64,000 nt of DNA from assembly GCA_963751275.1 (NCBI GenBank), contig CAVVTZ010000009.1:664848-728847 (forward strand). Reading direction: 5' to 3'. Shown in pieces: positions 25,580 to 38,028 of the stretch. Source of the stretch: an uncultured Gemmatimonadaceae bacterium (GTDB lineage: Bacteria; Gemmatimonadota; Gemmatimonadetes; Gemmatimonadales; Gemmatimonadaceae). The notes below the pieces were generated by a model. It was not told where the DNA came from. It saw nothing but the letters and a program-made list of their open reading frames with translations, and did no database searches. The position numbers and the translations under genes were made by a program. Positions within the stretch are counted from its first letter, which is position 1. The number at the start of each line of letters is the position of its first letter.

Positions 25580-26339
25580 CCAGCACCTCGACCGTCTCCC
25601 GCGCGGCGTTCTCGCCGGTGAGACGCAGGAACAGCTCTTCGAGACCGCGTGCGCCCGCTTCCACGCTCGCGTACAGCTCCTGCATCGTGCCGGCCGCGCG
25701 AATGCGGCCGCCGTGGATGATCGCGATCCGGTCGCACAGACTCTCCGCGACCTCCATCGTGTGCGTGGACATCATGATCGTGTTGCCGCGCCCGACGTAC
25801 TCGCGGAAGAGATCCTTCAGGATGCGCGCCGCCTTCGGGTCGAGCCCCACCATCGGCTCGTCCACCACGATCACCTGCGGGCGGTGCAGGAACGCGCTGG
25901 AGATGATCAGCTTCTGCCGCATCCCGTGGCTGTAGCTCTCGACGAGCTCGTCGCGCCACTCGAGCAGATCGAAGAGCGCGAGCAGCTCGTGCGCGCGCCG
26001 TTCCACCAGATCGCCCGCCTGCCCGTACAATCCCGCGACGAAGCGCAGGAACTCCGCGCCGGTGAGCTTCTCGTAGATGAACGGCCGGTCGGGGATGTAG
26101 CCCATCATCGTCTTCGCCTCGGCGGGCTGGTCGACGATGTTCACGCCGCCGATCGTGACCCACCCGGCGGTGGGGCGGAGGATGCCGGCGATCATGCGCA
26201 GCGTCGTCGTCTTCCCGGCGCCATTGGGGCCGAGGAATCCGACGATCTGGCCGCGCGGCACCTCGAGATCGATCGCGTCGACCGCGGTGAACGAGCCGTA
26301 CTTCTTCGTGAGCCCCTTGATCTGGATCATCGGTTCCAT
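25572..26339 (-). CDS. ABC transporter ATP-binding protein
   Basis: GPNGAGKTT, YSHGM, VVDEP, STH. Confidence 0.95.
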   Translation of the reverse strand: MEPMIQIKGLTKKYGSFTAVDAIDLEVPRGQIVGFLGPNGAGKTTTLRMIAGILRPTAGWVTIGGVNIVDQPAEAKTMMGYIPDRPFIYEKLTGAEFLRFVAGLYGQAGDLVERRAHELLALFDLLEWRDELVESYSHGMRQKLIISSAFLHRPQVIVVDEPMVGLDPKAARILKDLFREYVGRGNTIMMSTHTMEVAESLCDRIAIIHGGRIRAAGTMQELYASVEAGARGLEELFLRLTGENAARETVEVLDA

Positions 26340-26364
26340 CGGGTACCCGGGCAGAGTGGCGTGA

Positions 26365-27258
26365 TCACTTGCGGGGCGCCGCGATGCCCGCTGTTTGCGG
26401 CGGCGGCGCTCCGGGAGCCGGCAGGATCACCGGCGGATGTTCCTTGTTGTCGAGACTCCAATTCTGGAAGGCGATCTCATAGGCGGAACGGCGCAGCGTG
26501 AACTGGCCCATGGGCGATGCCTGCACCATGCGCCCTTTCTCGTCCACCCAGCCGTTCACCATGCCGCCCTCGGCCTGCTCCAAGCGCCACGCGCGCACGG
26601 TGTCCTGATGCACGGGCAGCCAGCGCAGGGTCACCGCGTCGAGCGAGGCGCTGTCGGTGACGACGAAGAGCGATTCGGCCTTCACCGTGACGGTCGCTTC
26701 CTCGATCGTGCCGCTGAGCGGATCGTACACGGTGTACGTGAAGCGCTTGCCGACGTGCGGCCGCTGCTCGAGCACGAGCGCGAGCGGCACCGTCGTGGGC
26801 AGCATGAGCGGCCCGCGCAGCGGCACGCGCGTCGAGTCGGGCGCCGCGGTGCCGGCCGTCACCACCAGCAGCAGCGAGCTGTCGTGCTCCACGCGGCCAA
26901 AGACGGCGTAGGGCGTATAGGACCCGGTCAATTCGAAGTTGAAGTTCACGAGCTTCATCGCGCGCGAAAGATTCACCGTCGAGCGCGCGGCGAGACGCCG
27001 CACGCCTTGCGGCGACGGCAGGTCGGCCACGAGCAGTTCATTCAAGTGGATCCCCGTCGTCGACGTGTCGAGATTCGAGGACGCATAGCCGAGCCGCGTG
27101 CTGTCGCGGCTGAGCGCGTAGTACTCGGCGCCCGGCGCGAGGAGCAGCGCCGCCTGGGCGAGGCGCTCCGATTCACCGCGGTAGAGTTCGCGGCGCGCGA
27201 GCACCACCATGCCGGCCACCCACGCCGCGATGACGCTGGCGGCCACCGCCGCGCGCAT
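26365..27258 (-). CDS. Membrane-anchored hypothetical protein
   Basis: N-terminal TM, beta-rich body; 2 bp after cutA stop, operonic with the ABC genes. Confidence 0.65.
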   Translation of the reverse strand: MRAAVAASVIAAWVAGMVVLARRELYRGESERLAQAALLLAPGAEYYALSRDSTRLGYASSNLDTSTTGIHLNELLVADLPSPQGVRRLAARSTVNLSRAMKLVNFNFELTGSYTPYAVFGRVEHDSSLLLVVTAGTAAPDSTRVPLRGPLMLPTTVPLALVLEQRPHVGKRFTYTVYDPLSGTIEEATVTVKAESLFVVTDSASLDAVTLRWLPVHQDTVRAWRLEQAEGGMVNGWVDEKGRMVQASPMGQFTLRRSAYEIAFQNWSLDNKEHPPVILPAPGAPPPQTAGIAAPRK

Positions 27259-27260
27259 GT

Positions 27261-27593
27261 TCACAGTGTGAGCGCGGTCTCGCCGGCGATCCAGTCCAGA
27301 TACCGCGCGAGGCCGGCCTGCACCGGCATCGCCAGCAGCTCCGGCACCTTGTACGGGTGCAGCTCCGAGAAGGCCACCTCGAGCGCGTCGATCCGCGCGG
27401 CCTGCGTCTTCAAGAGCACCACCACTTCGCTCTCGTCCGCCACCTTCCCCTCCCAGCGGTAGAGCGAGCGCGCCCCGGGCAGGATCGTGCCGCACGCGAT
27501 GAGCCGGCGCTCGAGGAGCGCCCGCACCAGCGTAGCCGCTTCATCGGCGTTCGCGACCGTGGTCAGCACGACCAGGGCGTCGGTCTTGGGCAT
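27261..27593 (-). CDS. cutA: Divalent cation tolerance protein CutA
   Basis: LIACG, SLYRWEG, LLKT, HPYKVPE. Confidence 0.93.
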   Translation of the reverse strand: MPKTDALVVLTTVANADEAATLVRALLERRLIACGTILPGARSLYRWEGKVADESEVVVLLKTQAARIDALEVAFSELHPYKVPELLAMPVQAGLARYLDWIAGETALTL

Positions 27594-27763
27594 ACGTGTC
27601 GGCCAGGGTGTTGAGGAGCGGGACTCGCCAATCTACGCTTCCACGGAGCGCCGCGCGCCGTCGCGCCGCGGGCCATCTATAGACGAACCAACCTCCCCCA
27701 GGCAAGCCTCGGGCGCCGGGGGCGGCTTGTCTTGGACCCGCCCCCCGCCCACCTTTACAGATT

Positions 27764-30637
<2,874 letters not shown>

Positions 30638-30641
30638 CGCC

Positions 30642-31310
30642 ATGGTCTCGCTGCTCGACATCATCGGCCCCGTCATGGTGGGCCCCTCCAGTTCGCACAC
30701 CGCCGGCGCCTGCCGCATCGGCCTGCTGGCGCGCGGCCTCGTGCGCGGCACCCCGCAGTCGGCGCACGTGGAGCTGCACGGCTCCTTCGCGCGCACCGGC
30801 GAGGGGCACGGCACCGACAAGGCGATCGCCGCGGGCCTGCTGGGGTTCCGACCCGACGACGTGCGTATCCGCGACGCGCTCGACATCGCCGAGCGCGAGG
30901 GGCTCGCCTACCGTTTCGAGAAGACCACGCTCTCCGATGACTCGCACCCGAACACCGTGCGCCTCTCGGTGACGCGCGGCGGCGAGACGCACGTCATCAC
31001 CGCCTCCTCCATCGGCGCCGGCCGCATCGTGCTCAGCGAGATCGACGGCTACCCCGTGGAAGTGAACGGCAACCTCCACACGATCGTCGTCGTCGCCGAG
31101 GACCGGCCCGGCTCGGTGGCGCGCATCGCCGGCATCCTCGCGGAGGAGAAGGTGAATCTCGCCACGATGCGGCTCACGCGCCTCGCGCGCGGCGGCGACG
31201 CGTTCATGGTGCTCGAGTGCGACGACGCCGCGAGCGATCACGCGATCGATGCGATCGAACAGCTCGACTGGGTGCGCTGGGCGCGCCGCCTCGACAAAGT
31301 GGGCGGCTGA
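30642..31310 (+). CDS. sdaAB: L-serine dehydratase, beta subunit
   Basis: [22 protein letters not shown]-terminal ACT domain. Confidence 0.94.
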   Translation: MVSLLDIIGPVMVGPSSSHTAGACRIGLLARGLVRGTPQSAHVELHGSFARTGEGHGTDKAIAAGLLGFRPDDVRIRDALDIAEREGLAYRFEKTTLSDDSHPNTVRLSVTRGGETHVITASSIGAGRIVLSEIDGYPVEVNGNLHTIVVVAEDRPGSVARIAGILAEEKVNLATMRLTRLARGGDAFMVLECDDAASDHAIDAIEQLDWVRWARRLDKVGG

Positions 31311-31311
31311 C

Positions 31312-32196
31312 ATGTACAAGTCGCTCGCCGATGCCATTCGCGATGCGGAGGCCGCCAAGGTCGCGCTCTCGCGCGTCGCGCTCGACGCCGAGGCGAAGGA
31401 CCAGGGGCGCCCCGTGTCCGAGATCCGCGACGCGCTCCGCCGCGCGCTCGACGTGATGCGCGGCGCCGTCGAGCGCGGCATGGTCGGTGATCTCTACTCC
31501 GCGTCGGGCCTCGTCGGCGGCGACGCCGCCAAGCTCCGCACCGGGCCGAAAGGTCCGCTCGGCGACACGCTCTTCCGCGACGTGCTCGCGCGCGCGCTCT
31601 CGGTGCAGGAAGTGAACGCCGCCATGGGCGTGATCGTCGCGGCGCCCACCGCCGGCGGCGCGGGGGTCGTGCCCGCGGTGCTCACTGGTGTCGCCGCCGC
31701 GCGCGGGCTGAACGATGACAAGCTGATCGACGCGCTCGCCACCGCCGGCCTCATCGGCGCCGTCGTCGCCGAGCGTGCGTCGCTCTCGGGCGCGGAAGGC
31801 GGCTGCCAGGCGGAAACGGGCGCCGCCGCCGCGATGGCCGCCGGCGCCACGGTCGAGATGCTCGGCGGCACGCCGTCGCAGGCGGGCCACGCGGTGGCGC
31901 TCACGATGCAGGGGATGCTCGGCCTCATCTGCGATCCGCTCGGCGGGCTGGTGGAACTCCCGTGCGTCTATCGCAACGCGACGGGATCGGCCATCGCGCT
32001 CGCCGGCATCGAGATGGCGATGGCCGGCGTCACCTTCGCGATCCCGGTGGACGAGGTGATCGACGTGATGGGCGAGGTGGGGCGCGGCATGGACGTCCGC
32101 TACCGCGAGACCGCGGGCGGCGGGCTCGCTGCGACGCCCACCGGGCGCCGCCTCGCGCGCGAGCGCCTCGTGCAGATCAAGCGCGCGGGCGAGTAG
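31312..32196 (+). CDS. sdaAA: L-serine dehydratase, alpha subunit
   Basis: APTAGGAG, GGCQAE, LICDPLGGLVELPC, RETAGGGLA. Confidence 0.94.
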   Translation: MYKSLADAIRDAEAAKVALSRVALDAEAKDQGRPVSEIRDALRRALDVMRGAVERGMVGDLYSASGLVGGDAAKLRTGPKGPLGDTLFRDVLARALSVQEVNAAMGVIVAAPTAGGAGVVPAVLTGVAAARGLNDDKLIDALATAGLIGAVVAERASLSGAEGGCQAETGAAAAMAAGATVEMLGGTPSQAGHAVALTMQGMLGLICDPLGGLVELPCVYRNATGSAIALAGIEMAMAGVTFAIPVDEVIDVMGEVGRGMDVRYRETAGGGLAATPTGRRLARERLVQIKRAGE

Positions 32197-32238
32197 CGGC
32201 GCGTCCGCTGTCCTTCCGCGCCGGCCGGCGCTATCTTC

Positions 32239-32264
32239 GAAACACGGGTATGCGCCCGGTCGTA
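32239..32264 (+). promoter_or_regulatory. Putative ECF-sigma (SigW-like) promoter
   Basis: GAAAC-N17-CGTA, 55 bp upstream of the pspA operon. Confidence 0.55.
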
Positions 32265-32319
32265 TAGGGAACAGAGTCTCACGTCCCACACGCTGCACGA
32301 CTGCAGCCACGGTGCATCC

Positions 32320-32724
32320 ATGGTATCGAAAGAGGACCTCGAAGGATTCCTCGAGCGGCTCGCGAACGAAGGAGCGAGCCACAACGAGATCAATCCCGGC
32401 ATGTGGATCGTCAAGCCGAGCGGCGCGCTCGACGCGGATGTGGTCGTCCACTATTCGCCGCCGGTCGTGCTGCTGCGCCTCAAGGTGATGGAGGTGCCGA
32501 AGGACAAGAAGTCGCACGAGAAGCTCTACCGCCGGCTGCTCGAGTTCAACGCGAGCGAGCTGGTGCACGGCTCGTACGGCATCGAAGGCAACGCGGTGGT
32601 GCTCACCGAGGCGCTCGAGCTCGGGCACCTCGACTATGAAGAATTCCTCGCCAGCTTCGAATCGATGACGCTCTCGCTCACCTCGCACATGCGCGAGCTG
32701 GCGCAGTTCCGCGAGGTACGCTGA
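32320..32724 (+). CDS. CesT/YbjN-like (T3SS-chaperone fold) protein
   Basis: 134 aa acidic protein, LYRRLLEFNA...HGSYGI pattern; 2 bp upstream of pspA. Confidence 0.65.
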   Translation: MVSKEDLEGFLERLANEGASHNEINPGMWIVKPSGALDADVVVHYSPPVVLLRLKVMEVPKDKKSHEKLYRRLLEFNASELVHGSYGIEGNAVVLTEALELGHLDYEEFLASFESMTLSLTSHMRELAQFREVR

Positions 32725-32726
32725 CC

Positions 32727-33512
32727 ATGGGCATCTTCGACCGTTTGTCCTCCTTGTTCAGGTCGAACATCAATGATCTCATCTCCCGGGCCGAAGACCC
32801 GGAGAAGATGCTGCACCAGATCATCATCGACATGCGCACGCAGCTCGCGAAGGCCAAGCAGCAGGTGGCCGGCGCGATCGCGGACGAGAAGCGCCTGAAG
32901 GACCAGGTGGATGCCGAGTACAAGCTCGCGGCCGAGTGGGAATCGCGCGCGATGCTGGCGGTGAAGGAAGGGCGCGACGATCTCGCCAAGCAGGCGCTCA
33001 TGCGCAACAACGAGCACATGACGCACGCGCAGGGGCTCGACGCCACGTGGCAGCAGCACCAGGCCGAGACCGAGAAGCTCAAGAACTCGCTGCGCGATCT
33101 CAACGACAAGATCGAGGAAGCCAGCCGCAAGAAGAACCTGCTCATCGCGCGCCAGAAGCGGTCGGAGGCGCAGAAGCGCATCGCCGAGACGATGTCGTCG
33201 ATGTCCGAGAAGTCGGCGTTCGAGGCGTTCTCGCGCATGGAAGCGCGCATCGAGGACAACGAGCGCAAGGTGATCGCCAACGTCGAGATCGATGAGGAGT
33301 TCAGCGGCGACCGGCTGGCCAAGGACTTCAAGGTGCTCGAGAAGGGCGCCGGCGCCGCGAGCGCCGAGGCGCAGCTCCTGGCGCTGAAGCAGAAGATGGG
33401 GATGCTCGGCGCGGGCTCGAGCGGGCCGGCCAAACGCATCGGCTCGGGCAAGGACGCGGAGACCGTGCACGCCGAGATCGAGGACGCGCCGGGCGAGAAG
33501 AAGAAGGCATGA
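32727..33512 (+). CDS. pspA: PspA/IM30 family protein
   Basis: MGIFDRL...AEDPEKML, GRDDLAKQAL, FSRMEARI coiled coil. Confidence 0.93.
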   Translation: MGIFDRLSSLFRSNINDLISRAEDPEKMLHQIIIDMRTQLAKAKQQVAGAIADEKRLKDQVDAEYKLAAEWESRAMLAVKEGRDDLAKQALMRNNEHMTHAQGLDATWQQHQAETEKLKNSLRDLNDKIEEASRKKNLLIARQKRSEAQKRIAETMSSMSEKSAFEAFSRMEARIEDNERKVIANVEIDEEFSGDRLAKDFKVLEKGAGAASAEAQLLALKQKMGMLGAGSSGPAKRIGSGKDAETVHAEIEDAPGEKKKA

Positions 33513-34618
33513 GCGGGCAGCCGGGCGAGCGGTCTCGTTACGGCGAGATCCTCGCAGCGGCTGTCCTCGTGGCGGTCGGGCTGTATGTGGTCGGACGCAC
33601 GGCCGAGCTCTTCCTGCTCTTGTTGCTCGCCGTGCTGCTCGGGATCTTCCTCAGCGCGATCGCGGATGCCGTGGTGCGGTATGTGCACGCACCGCGCTGG
33701 GCCGCGCTCACGGCGGCGATCGCGATGACCGTGCTCCTCACGGCGGCGCTGGTCACCGCGCTGATCCCGCCGGTGCTCGAGCAGTTGCGCGCGCTCGCCG
33801 CGTCGCTGCCGGTGACGCTCGCCAATCTCGATGACGCCCTCGACGCGGCGATCGCGCGCGTGCCTGCGCTGGCGAACGCGTACCCGCCCGGCCAGCATCG
33901 CATGCTGCTCGCCCTCACCGACTGGGCGACCGGCATTGCCACCACGACGCCGATGCGTCTCTTCAGCGTGACGCCGCAGGTGCTCGCGACGCTCTCCGTT
34001 GGCGTCATGGCGATCTATCTGGCCGCCGCGCCGGAGCGCTACGCGGATGCCGTCGTGCGTCTGGTCCCGCCGCGCGAGCGCGCCTTCGCGCGCAGCGTGC
34101 TGAGCGACCTGGGCGACTCGATGCGCGGCTGGATCGTCGGGCAGCTCATCAACATGGTGATCCTGGGCGCCATGATGGCCCTGGGGCTCAAGCTCCTTGG
34201 CGTGCCTTATTGGCTCGCGTTCGGCGCGTTCACGTTCGTCGCCGCGCTCGTGCCGTTCCTCGGCTCGCTCGCGTCCACGCTGTTGCCCGCGCTGGTGGTG
34301 TTCGGGAGCGACGGCAGCGTGGCGAAGGTGCTCTCCGTGCTCGCCCTCGGGCTGTTCGTGCAACTCTTCGAGGCGAACGTGCTCTCGCCGCTCGTCATGT
34401 CGGTGGAGGTCGAGCTCCCGCCGGTCGTCACCATGTTCGGCATCCTGCTCATGGGCGCATTGTTCGGGCCACTCGGCGTGCTCGCGGCGGTGCCGGTGAT
34501 CGCCGTGCTCGACGTGCTTGCGCAGCGCATCGTCGTCGAGCGAATCTACCGGTCCGAACGATTCCGAGAACCGCTGCCGCCGCCTCCCGTGGAGCCGCCG
34601 GCCGCGCCCCAACCCTGA
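33509..34618 (+). CDS. AI-2E family transporter
   Basis: VPFLG, EANVLSPLV, GPLGVLAAVP. Confidence 0.85.
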   Translation: MSGQPGERSRYGEILAAAVLVAVGLYVVGRTAELFLLLLLAVLLGIFLSAIADAVVRYVHAPRWAALTAAIAMTVLLTAALVTALIPPVLEQLRALAASLPVTLANLDDALDAAIARVPALANAYPPGQHRMLLALTDWATGIATTTPMRLFSVTPQVLATLSVGVMAIYLAAAPERYADAVVRLVPPRERAFARSVLSDLGDSMRGWIVGQLINMVILGAMMALGLKLLGVPYWLAFGAFTFVAALVPFLGSLASTLLPALVVFGSDGSVAKVLSVLALGLFVQLFEANVLSPLVMSVEVELPPVVTMFGILLMGALFGPLGVLAAVPVIAVLDVLAQRIVVERIYRSERFREPLPPPPVEPPAAPQP

Positions 34619-34631
34619 CTCTCCCGCCATC

Positions 34632-35717
34632 GTGCCGCGCGAATTGAAGTTCCTGATCCTCTGCGAAGGGCAGTTCGGTCCGCTCACGTCGAAGACCGCC
34701 AACTCCTGCATCCGCTATACGCCGGAGCGTGTGACCGGCGTGATCGATTCGCGCCGCGCGGGCAAGACATCGCAGCAGATCCTCGGCTTCGGCGGGAACA
34801 TCCCGGTCGTCGCGAGCGTCGCGGCCGGCATGATGGCCGCTCCCCAGCCGAACGCGCTGCTGATCGGCGTCGCGCCGATGGGCGGGAAGCTCCCGGCGGA
34901 GTGGCGCGCGATGGTGCTCGCGGCGATCGACCGCCGCCTCGAGATCTGGAGCGGGCTGCACACGTTCATTGGCGACGATCCGGAATTCGCTGCGCGCGCG
35001 AAGGAGCGCGGCGTCGCGATCCATGACCTGCGCAAGCCGCCGGCCGACATTCTCGTCGCGGGCGGGCGCGTGCGCGGGATCGCATCGACCGTGGTGCTCA
35101 CCGTCGGCACCGACTGCAACATCGGGAAGATGACCGCCGCGCTGCAGGTGCGCGATGCGCTGCGCGCGCGCGACCTGAAGGTGCGCTTCGCGGGCACGGG
35201 GCAGACGGGCATCCTCATCGAAGGGTGGGGCACGGCGGTCGACGCGGTGATCGCCGACTTCATCGCGGGCGCCGCGGAGCGGCTCGTGCTCGAGGCCGCC
35301 GACGGCGCGGACATCGTGCTGGTGGAAGGACAGGGCTCGGTCATCCATCCCGGCTATTCGGGCGTGACGATGGGGCTGATCCATGGGTCGCTGCCGCACG
35401 CGATGGTGATGTGCCACCAGCCGTCGCGGAAGCACATCGGCAACAACACGTGGGTCACGATCCCGCCGCTGCCGGCGTTCATCAAACTCCACGAGGCGAT
35501 CGTTGCGAACCTGCGCCCTGCGCCGGTGATCGCCGTGTCGCTCAACACGTACGACCTCTCGCTGCGCGCGGCCAAGACCGCGATCGCGAAGACGCAGAAG
35601 TCCACGGGCCTGCCCACGACGGATCCGGTGCGCTTCGATCCGGGCCCGATCGCCGACGCGATCGACCGCTTCCATCGTCGCCGCACCAAGCGTCCCGCGA
35701 AGAAGCGCGCGCGCTGA
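34632..35717 (+). CDS. DUF1611 family P-loop protein
   Basis: VGTDCNIGKMT, TGQTG, DFIAGAAE, VEGQGS. Confidence 0.88.
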   Translation: MPRELKFLILCEGQFGPLTSKTANSCIRYTPERVTGVIDSRRAGKTSQQILGFGGNIPVVASVAAGMMAAPQPNALLIGVAPMGGKLPAEWRAMVLAAIDRRLEIWSGLHTFIGDDPEFAARAKERGVAIHDLRKPPADILVAGGRVRGIASTVVLTVGTDCNIGKMTAALQVRDALRARDLKVRFAGTGQTGILIEGWGTAVDAVIADFIAGAAERLVLEAADGADIVLVEGQGSVIHPGYSGVTMGLIHGSLPHAMVMCHQPSRKHIGNNTWVTIPPLPAFIKLHEAIVANLRPAPVIAVSLNTYDLSLRAAKTAIAKTQKSTGLPTTDPVRFDPGPIADAIDRFHRRRTKRPAKKRAR

Positions 35718-36030
35718 TCCCGCGGCGCGCACCGGTATGCGTGCGCGCGCAATGATCCGATGACGGTCCGCGGACCGTTCCCGTTTATGCTGTCGCCACG
35801 ATCCCAGCGGCGCGCTCGCCGAGCGCGTCGCTGGCGACCCCACCACCGGTGGCGCGTCGCGTCGTGGCGCCCGTAGCAGCGCCGACGCCCGCCGCCGGGG
35901 AGCGAGCCTCCGCGCCCGCGCCATGGTGAGGTCAGGCAGGGCATCGCCCGCGGCCGGCGCGCTCCGGTCGGCGACCAGCTGAGCTCATCAGCCCGTCGCG
36001 CGCACGCGGGAATTGCACGTGGAGTCACCA

Positions 36031-36958
36031 ATGCGATTCGCCACACTCGGCGGCGTTGCCGCCCTCGTTGTCGCGGGAGCGATCGTTGGTTGTTCCGATC
36101 AGACGGGCAGCACCGCTTCAGGCGTCACCGCGCCGCACGGACCGTTCGTCGATGGGGCCCACTTCCGCATCCACGGCACCGCCAGCGTGAGCATCCGCGC
36201 GGGCGGCGGCGTGATCGCGCGCGCGCTGCCCGCGTGGACCGCGTCGGGCTCGCGCGCGCGACGGCGTCGTGCAGGATGAATCCGGGAATTCGCCGATGGG
36301 CGTGATCGCGCTGTCGGCCGCGCTCGTGCGGCCGAATGCGGGTAGCCGGCAGTCAGCGTTCACGGATGCCGCCGGAAATCAGATGACGGTCGTGATGACC
36401 GCCGGCCGGGATGGCGCGCCCATGCGCGCGATGCGCCTGTATCGGAACGGCGTGCTGCAGAGCGGCGCCGACTACGAGTGGGCGGCGGTCGCGGGCGGCT
36501 GGTCGCTCCGCTCGGTCACGCGGGTGCTGATGCGTGACGGGCAGGTCACCGCGCGGATCAACACGAACGCGGGCGGAGCGGTCGAGATGGCGTCGCGCGG
36601 CGGTGTGCGCGGCGCGCTCGCTGCACTGGGCGCGGTGTCGCGGCTGCTGACGCCGCGCGATCTCGCGGCGCAGGACATCTTCTCCGGCCAGTGCCGGAAG
36701 CAGGCACTGGACTTCTATGCTGCCGAAGCTGCGCTCTCGGCGGCGATCATCGCATACGAATACAGTCCCTCGCCCGTGGGCGCACTCCTCGTCGCCGCCG
36801 CCACGGCGAAAGCGATCAGCGCCGAGATGGCCTACTGGCTGTGCCAGCAGAATGTGGCGAACAAGCTGACGCCGATCGGCGGCCCGCCGCCCACGCCGAT
36901 CGTCTGCGGGGACGCCGGTGTCAACGACCCCCTGTGCGGACCGCCCGAGATGAAGTAG
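36031..36958 (+). CDS. Predicted lipoprotein with a C-terminal Cys-flanked hydrophobic hairpin (indel near 36260)
   Basis: GGAG RBS, lipobox IVGC; joins ORFs 36013..36279 and 36269..36958 via one frameshift. Confidence 0.6.
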
Positions 36959-37032
36959 CTGGCAGGACACGCGCACGGCGCAAGCCCATGGCTGGCGCCG
37001 CGCGCGTGACACCATTACCCCGAGGTGAGATC

Positions 37033-37410
37033 ATGTCCCGACCGTGGATGACAGCCGTGATGATCGTGGTCGCAGGGTTGCTGGCGTTCGTCGTCGCGTC
37101 GCCGCTCGGAGCCAGGTTCGGCGCCGACTGGATGCCGGCGATCAATTTCGCGGTGGGCGGCATGCTCGTGCTCGTCGCGTTCCTCGAGGCCGGGCGCGCG
37201 CTGGCGGCGTGGTCGAACCGGCGCGCGACACTCGGCTGGATCATCGGCGGCCTCATCGTGGCCGGCGGCATGTTCGCGGCGGGGACGTCGTTCATCGTGC
37301 ACGCCCGGCACATGGCCTACGACACGACGATCACGATCGGGATCATCATCTCACTGCTCGGCCTGCAGTTGCAATCCAGATCCGGCGGCCGGAAGGCATC
37401 GCCGGCATGA
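37033..37410 (+). CDS. Small 4-TM membrane protein
   Basis: GAGGTG RBS, four hydrophobic segments, 125 aa. Confidence 0.7.
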   Translation: MSRPWMTAVMIVVAGLLAFVVASPLGARFGADWMPAINFAVGGMLVLVAFLEAGRALAAWSNRRATLGWIIGGLIVAGGMFAAGTSFIVHARHMAYDTTITIGIIISLLGLQLQSRSGGRKASPA

Positions 37411-37985
37411 TCGCCCCGCCGGCGCCACGGCGGCGCGGCTTCAGCGCCGCGCCCGCCGTGCTCCGGATGGAGTGGGTGCACAAGTCGTTCGCGGCGGGCG
37501 TGCCGGGGTGTAGTGCGCGCGTGCAGGTGCTGCGCGGCGTGAAGCTCGCGGTGCGGCCGGCGGAGCTCGTCGCGATCACGGGCCCCGATGGAGCGGGGAA
37601 GAGCGCGCTCCTCCTGTGCGCTGCGGGATTGGTACGCGCGGAGCTCGGCACCGTTCGCTGGTCACCCGACGCCCGCGATGCGGCGCGGCGTATGTATGCG
37701 ACCGCCGCAATGGTGCACGCGGAACACGCGGCGCTGCTGTGCATCGATGATGTCGATGATTGGGACGCCGTCGGTCGCGCGGTCGCCGGATCGTGCGCGC
37801 GCGGCGCGGCGGTGCTTGCCGCGGGCCGCGATCCCGCGCGCGCCGCGGCGGCCGGTGCGCGCGTACTCATCCTGCGCGACGGCCGGCTCGAACCCTTCAC
37901 CGCGCGAGCCGTTGCGCGAGCGCCCGCGCGGCGCGTCGCCGAGCGCGACCGGCGCTCCGTTGACCCTGTCGGGCGGCGGGCCTAG
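37407..37985 (+). CDS. Degenerate ABC-ATPase-like protein
   Basis: VHKSF, Walker A GPDGAGKS, LLCIDD, VLILRDGRL; lacks the LSGGQ subdomain. Confidence 0.6.
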   Translation: MIAPPAPRRRGFSAAPAVLRMEWVHKSFAAGVPGCSARVQVLRGVKLAVRPAELVAITGPDGAGKSALLLCAAGLVRAELGTVRWSPDARDAARRMYATAAMVHAEHAALLCIDDVDDWDAVGRAVAGSCARGAAVLAAGRDPARAAAAGARVLILRDGRLEPFTARAVARAPARRVAERDRRSVDPVGRRA

Positions 37986-37988
37986 CTT
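37960..37988 (+). promoter_or_regulatory. Putative sigma70 promoter for cysS
   Basis: TTGACC-N17-TAGCTT. Confidence 0.5.
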
Positions 37989-38028
37989 CCGATCTGCCCC
38001 CGCTCGAGCACCGCCCGCCGCCGCGCCC

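Noticed and set aside
35763..35778. Perfect 16-bp palindrome ACGGTCCGCGGACCGT as an operator
   Set aside because: Single GC-rich instance with no regulator or promoter support
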